Assembly: GCA_002269645.1 (NCBI GenBank)
Contig: NIVC01003837.1
Coordinates: forward strand, 1 to 64,000
Direction of reading: 5' to 3'
Origin: Macrostomum lignano
Taxonomy: Eukaryota
Length of the DNA: 64,000 nucleotides
Positions 58,001-64,000 of the stretch are shown here, piece after piece. Made by a program: the position numbers and the translations under genes. How positions within the stretch are numbered: the first letter of the stretch is position 1; the number at the start of each line of letters is the position of its first letter. The notes beneath the pieces are model-generated. The model worked only from the letters and a program-made list of their open reading frames with translations, ran no database searches and was not told the origin of the DNA.

Positions 58001-61000
58001 TTAATCCCCTTATGGCAGGTGTCTTTAATCCTCTTTTGCCCAAATCAATTATTCTCCTTCCATCTGACAACTCACTTCAGTCTCGCCTCGGCTCCGCCCG
58101 AGTGTTCCTGGTTGGCGCAGGCGCTCTGGGCTGCGAGCTGTTGAAAAACTTCGCCCTGATGGGCATCGGCACCGGCAGCCGCGGTGGTCAGGTGATCGTC
58201 ACCGACATGGACCGGATCGAGAAGAGCAATCTGAACCGGCAGTTCCTGTTCCGGCCCTGGGACATTGGCCGCGCCAAGTCCACAACTGCCGCCAAGGCTG
58301 CCATCAGGATGAATCCGAATTTCAAAGTCGAATCGCAGGAGAATCGAGTCGGTCCAGAGACCGAGGCCATCTATACCGATGATTTCTTTGAAAACCTCAC
58401 CGTTGTTGTCAACGCATTGGACAACGTCGAGGCCAGGACTTACGTTGATCGGCGTTGTGTTTATTATAGGAAGCCGCTGATGGAGTCCGGCACCACAGGG
58501 ACCAAAGCCAACACTCAGGTTGTGCTGCCGTTTCTCACCGAGTCCTACAGCAGCTCGCAGGATCCGCCGGAGAAAACCACGCCAATTTGTACTCTGAAGA
58601 ATTTCCCCTACCAGATTGAGCACACTATTCAGTGGGCTAGGTGAGTTGCCATTTGTCTTAATCACGGGTGCCATTTTTCTTACTCACGGGTGCCATTTGT
58701 CTTAGTCACGGGTGCTACTTGTGTTAGTCACGGGTGCCATTTTTCTTAATCACGGGTGCCATTTTTCTTAATCACGGGTGCCATTTTTCTTAATCACGGG
58801 TGCCATTTTTCTTAATCACGGGTGCCATTTGTCTTAGTCACGGGTTCCAGTTTTATTAATCACGGCTGTCATTTTATTAATCACGGCTGTCATTTTTATT
58901 AATCACGGCTGTCATTTTTATTAATCACGGCTGTCATTTTTATTAATCACGGGTGTCATTTTTATTAATCACGGGTGCCATTTTTCTTAATCACGGGTGC
59001 CATTTTTCTTAATCACGGGTGCCATTTTTCTTAATCACGGGTGCCATTTTTCTTAATCACGGGTGCCATTTTTCTTAATCACGGGTGCCATTTGTCTTAG
59101 TCACGGGTTCCAGTTTTATTAATCACGGCTGTCATTTTGATGTGGCCGCAGCCTTCTGCTGCAAGCATAGGGCCGCAGTCACATCTTAGGCACTGTTGTC
59201 CGCTGCTAGTATCTGGAATAGGAATTTTTCTGCTGCCTCCATGCACTCTAAGCAGCCCTCCTTGGCGCTCAGAAGTTGCACATTATGGCGCAATGGTGAC
59301 GTCAATAACATAGGAAATTAGGAAGTTTTGCCTAGCCTAGGGTTAGTTAGTGGAAGCCGCCAAATTTGGCGCTTGCCTGTACTGTTGTTGCCTGGCCTGC
59401 CGCGTACGATCGCTCAGTGTACGCAAGTCTAGTTAGCCGCACTCCTCCCCCGTGCGCTCTCTGGACCCTTCCCCTTTTCTGCTCTCTCGTTCCTCCTGCG
59501 TCCGAGCCTCTCCCCATGCGTCTTCTATTTTTAGACTGAGGGTTTCGCGGACCCCGTGTCCCGAGCTGAACCCTCCCTCACGTGCTGCCTTGTGCGCACA
59601 AGCCCAAATTTGGCATGCTATTGTCACTAGTGGCTGGAGGCGACTGTCGGCGCTTCGTACAAGCTACTTTCTCCCCCATGTTTAATCAATATCTGTTGTG
59701 CATCATTATCCGCACTTTTCGGGCTGCAGTTCCATGGTCAAGCCACGGAATGCCCAAACGCTCCACCCTCCGCGTTCTATATTAACGAATGCAGGCCCGC
59801 TTGTCTGAATTTTTCCTCAGAACCGTTTTGACCGCTGGTCAGACTTGTCGAGAGCCTTCTCCAAGTCAAGCGCTCTAGCGCCGGTTAACAGCGAAGCAAA
59901 GCTCCTGAGCAGGTCTTGGTAGAGCTTTAAGCATCGCTAAGCAGCTGCAAGCTCCTGAGCAGGTCTTGGTAGAGCATTGCAGCGCTCAAGCAGAAAGCAC
60001 GCTCCTGAGCAGGTCTTGGTAGAGCATTGCTAGTGCTATAGCTCTGGTTTTCCAGCCTACCCTATTGGCAGGAAATCAGTTAGCTGAAGCCATTCTGCTA
60101 GTGTCAATTCGCGACACAGGCGCGAATAAGAGTGAGAGTGAGTGTGCAGTCGCAGCACTCGTGCGCGATTCTAAGACTAGCTGTTAGTTTATAGGCCTAG
60201 AGTCTATTGCTGCTTCAGGCGCATAGACCTATTCCTCGCCGCCCATCTGCGCGAGACGTAGCTATTAGGTTGGTAGGAGTTAGGGGTCCTCTGAGAGCTA
60301 AACTCAGACACGCTCAAGCGCGGACATTTGTCAGTGCCAGGACTGCGCCGCTCAGGCCATTTGCTACCATTGAGTCCTGTCACTTGGACATTGAAATATC
60401 TGAGACTAGTTGTTCTAGCGTTATTTATTTGCGTGGAGCCCAAACAGACCCCTTCATTGCGGATCCTACGGTTCCCACGCTGGTGGCAGCACTACCCTTA
60501 ATTTTAGATTTCTCCCCAGTCTCAGCCCCCATAAGTATAACCGCTAAGACCGCCCCGGCCAATAGCAGTCCACCTAGTTCTATCCCGGGCAGTAAAGCGA
60601 GTTATAACATTTTTTATTAATCACGGCTGTCATTTTTATTAATCACGGCTGTCATTTTTATTAATCACGGGTGTCATTTTTATTAATCACGGGTTCCAGT
60701 TTTATTAATCACGGCTGTCATTTTTATTAATCACGGCTGTCATTTTTATTAATCACGGCTGTCATTTTTATTAATCACGGCTGTCATTTTTATTAATCAC
60801 GGGTGTCATTTTTTATCACGGGTTTATTATTAATCACGGGTTCCATTTTTATTAATCACGGTGCTATTTTTTTAAAGTCACAGGTGTATGAATTATAATT
60901 GCCAATATTTTGAGTTATTTTTTACTTTTCACCCAGGGATTACCTGGAGGGCGTGTTCTGCCAACAGTCGCAGACTCTGCACCAGTTCCTTCACGATCCC

Positions 61001-63235
61001 ACATTCATGGAGCGAACCCTGGCTCTGCCCGGCAACCAGGGCATTGAGACGCTGGAGGCCATCAAGACCAACCTGTTGGACAAGCGGCCGAAAGATTTTG
61101 CCGACTGCATCACCTGGGCCAGGATGCAGTTTGAAGAGATCTTTAACAATCAGATTCGGCAGCTGTTGTTCAACTTTCCGCCTAACCAGGTTTGTGCGGT
61201 TTTAATTGGTGTCAACCTTGGTTGACCTCAGTCCCATTGTGTGACCGTCCGTTATAGAAGACTTCTGCACTCAATTGATCCCAACCCCCTGCGTGGAATG
61301 CCTTCAGGTGACCCTATCTCTACCCCATTGATATCTTCATGTGACCCCATCTACTGCACAATGTCCTCAGGTGACCTCATCTACCCCACAATGTCCTCAG
61401 GTGACCCCATCTACCCCACAATGTCCTCAGGTGACCCCATCTACCCCAAAATGTCCTCAGGTGACCCCATCTACCCCACAATGTCCTCAGGTGACCCCAT
61501 CTACCCCACAATGTCCTCAGGTGACCCCATCTACCCCACAATGTCCTCAGGTGACCCCATCTACTCCAAAATGTCCTCAGGTGACCCCATCTACCCCACA
61601 ATGTCCTCAGGTGACCCCATCTACTCCAAAATGTCCTCAGGTGACCCCATGTACCCCAAAATGTCTTCAGGTAACCCCATCTACCCCACAATGTCCTCAG
61701 GTGACATTATCTACCCCACAATGTCCTCAGGTGACCAAATCTACCCGACAATGTCCTCAGGTGATCCCATCTACCCCAAAATGTCCTCAGGTGACCCCAT
61801 GTACCCCAAAATGTCTTCAGGTAACCCCATCTACCCCACAATGTCCTCAGGTGACCCCATCTACCCCACAATGTCCTCAGGTGACCCCATCTACCCCACA
61901 ATGTCCTCAGGTGACCAAATCTACCCGACAATGTCCTCAGGTGATCCCATCTACCCCAAAATGTCCTCAGGTGACCCCATGTACCCCAAAATGTCTTCAG
62001 GTAACCCCATCTACCCCACAATGTCCTCAGGTGACCCCATCTACCCCATAATGTCCTCAGGTGACCCCATCTACCCCACAATGTCCTCAGGTGACCCCAT
62101 GTACCCCAAAATGTCTTCAGGTAACCCCATCTACCCCACAATGTCCTCAGGTGACCCCATGTACTCCAAAATGTCCTCAGGTGACCCCATCTACCCCACA
62201 ATGTCCTCAGGTGACCCCATCTACCCCACAATGTCCTCAGGTGACCTCATCGGGCGCTCCGTTCTGGAGCGGCGTGAAGAAGTGCCCAACTCCGCTGTCC
62301 TTCGACGCGGCCGACCCGACCCACTGCGAGTTCGTCACCGCCGCCGCCAACCTTCGCGCTTTCGTGTTCGGCGTCCCCGGGGCTTTCGGCGATCGCAAAG
62401 CCATCGGCCAGCTGGCGGGTTCCATCCGTGTGCCCGAGTTCGTGCCCCGGTCGGGCGTCCGCATAGCAACCAACGACACGGAGCTGCAGAGCCAGCTGTC
62501 CGTGTCCTCCTCGACCGAGCCGGACGCGCTGGACAATCTGGCCAAGGATCTGCTCGAAGCCAAGTCGCAGTTCGCCGCCTCCGGCCTCGCCGACTCCGTC
62601 CGAGTGGTGGAATTCGAGAAAGACGACGACTCGAACTATCACATGGATTTTATTACCGCTTGCAGCAACCTGAGGGCGGCCAACTACGATATTGAGCAGG
62701 CCGACCGGCACAAGACTAAACTCATTGCCGGCCGCATTGTGCCCGCCATCGCCACCACAACCTCCGTAGCTGTCGGCCTGGTCTGCCTGGAGCTCTACAA
62801 ACTGCTGCAGGGTCGGCAGAAGCTCGAGGACTACAAGAACGGCTTCTTGAATCTGGCGCACCCGTTCTTCGCCTTCTCCGAGCCGCTGCCGCCTGCCAAG
62901 CACAAGTATCACGACACCGAGTTCACCCTGTGGGATCGGTTCGAGATTGACGGCGACATGACTGTGCAGCAGTTGATTGATCATTTCCAGGTGAGTCTCC
63001 ACTTAGTCTCTGGTAATTTTCTTCACTGTCTCAGTGTGAGCTTCAACTGTTATTGATTTCTTATTTGTAGGAGAAGCACAAGCTGGAGGTGACCATGATC
63101 ACCCAGGGCATCTCCATGCTGTTCTCCTTCTTCATGCCGCCTGCCAAGAAGAAGGCTCGGCTCGGCTGCGAGTGAGTTGCAGACTTTCATACTGCCTGAC
63201 TGTGTCTGTCTGTCTCTATCTATCTATCTGTCTGT

Positions 63236-63268
<33 letters not shown>

Positions 63269-63312
63269 TGCCTGTCTGTCTGTCTTAGTGTCTGTCTGTC
63301 TGTCTGTCTGTC

Positions 63313-63381
<69 letters not shown>

Positions 63382-63601
63382 ATCAGTGTCCGCCAGTCTG
63401 TCAGTGAATCCTCAAGAGTCCCAGCCGCTCAGCTCTCCCTCCCGCCCCCGCAACCGCAGGATCTCTAAAGTGGTGGAGGAGGTCACCAAGAAGCCGATCC
63501 CGGCGCACGTCAAGAGCCTGGTCATCGAGCTGTCCTGCAACGACAGCGAAGGCGAAGACGTTGACGTGCCCTACGTGAAGTACAACCTGCCCGGCAAGTG
63601 A
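55030..63601 (+). CDS. UBA1: Ubiquitin-activating enzyme E1
   Basis: Exons 55030-55740, 56548-56745, 57023-57394, 58081-58640, 60937-61189, 62241-62990, 63071-63171, 63460-63601 total 3087 nt (1028 aa + stop), all GT-AG and phase-consistent. Motifs: [39 protein letters not shown], catalytic [41 protein letters not shown]. Confidence 0.97.
55880..56160. repeat. ~23-bp degenerate minisatellite (AAGAATCGCTCCTAAATACACCT), UBA1 intron 1
   Basis: Unit read directly. Confidence 0.85.
56788..57000. repeat. 34-bp minisatellite (TGATCTATCAATCATCAGCTGACATCTATCAAAC), UBA1 intron 2
   Basis: Unit read directly. Confidence 0.9.
57505..58040. repeat. ~46-48-bp minisatellite (AAATGACAGGTGTCATTAATCC...), UBA1 intron 3
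   Basis: Unit read directly. It contains sense-strand CAG|GTG. Confidence 0.9.
58655..60860. repeat. 22-23-bp minisatellite (TTTT(C/A)TTAATCACGG(G/C)TG(C/T)CAT) in UBA1 intron 4, split by a 1.47-kb insert
   Basis: Same unit at 58655-59137 and 60610-60860. Confidence 0.9.
59138..60609 (-). mobile_element. Probable solo LTR inserted in the intron-4 minisatellite
   Basis: Sharp borders inside the array. The minus strand starts TGTTATAA and ends ...ACATCA (TG...CA). Extra Ts at the junction are compatible with a ~4-bp TSD. Three internal GCTCCTGAGCAGGTCTTGGTAGAGC repeats and no ORF. Confidence 0.55.
61300..62250 (+). repeat. 30-bp minisatellite (CTACCCCACAATGTCCTCAGGTGACCCCAT) that is a tandem amplification of the UBA1 exon-6 acceptor
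   Basis: The last unit supplies the real acceptor CCTCAG|GTGACCTCATCG at 62240/62241. Confidence 0.93.
63200..63380. repeat. (TCTG)n/(CCTG)n microsatellite, UBA1 intron 7
   Basis: Unit read directly. Confidence 0.95.
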
Positions 63602-64000
63602 GGCCACAGCTTGGCGGCCCAGACTAGCGAAAGACTTCAACTAATGATTTTCGTGTTCATCCATGTTGTCACCAATCCAGGCCCGAGCTCTTCGGTTCTA
63701 AGATTAAAATATCAGTTGTTATTCCGCCGGTCTGTCGCAAGAGCAGAAACTCAACCCAACACTTCGATAACCCAAGTTCATTAATTATTAATAAATTTGA
63801 AGTCCCTGTTTGTGCAACCATTTTTGTGAAGCATAAAAAATTTAAATAACCGCGAAGTTTAACTCTCAGCGCACTTAAACAACATGGCTATTCAGAATTG
63901 CTAAGTTTAGTGGCTCTCTACCTGCGTGCATTAATTTTTCACTATAATAAATATTGCTTTATTTGTCAGTGCATTGCTAAATTTATCGTGTGCCCGAATA

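Overview
Eukaryotic (animal) genomic DNA: GC-rich exons, GT-AG introns, and introns largely filled with locus-specific minisatellites. This resembles repeat-rich flatworm genomes such as Macrostomum (inference only, not verifiable here). Two conserved spliced genes are clear. A Shank-family scaffold gene (minus strand, 18764->7357) has SPN/FERM-like, ankyrin, PDZ and proline-rich parts, but no SH3 or SAM exon could be found. A complete ubiquitin-activating enzyme E1 gene (UBA1, plus strand, 55030-63601) has 8 coding exons and 1028 aa from the visible ATG. Around and between them is an unstable, immune-looking cluster. It holds four C-type lectin copies (three with a PAN/apple-like tail, one truncated), two paralogous LRAT/NlpC-P60-like multi-domain membrane proteins (one intact, one broken) each followed by a lectin gene, and a fibrinogen-domain fragment. 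Other content: an intronless orphan ORF, tRNA-derived SINEs, Harbinger/hAT/Mutator-like MITEs (some nested), a probable solo LTR, and a 5.55-kb near-perfect palindrome made of two copies of a 2.75-kb TIR element. Several frameshifts fall in homopolymers and may be long-read consensus errors.
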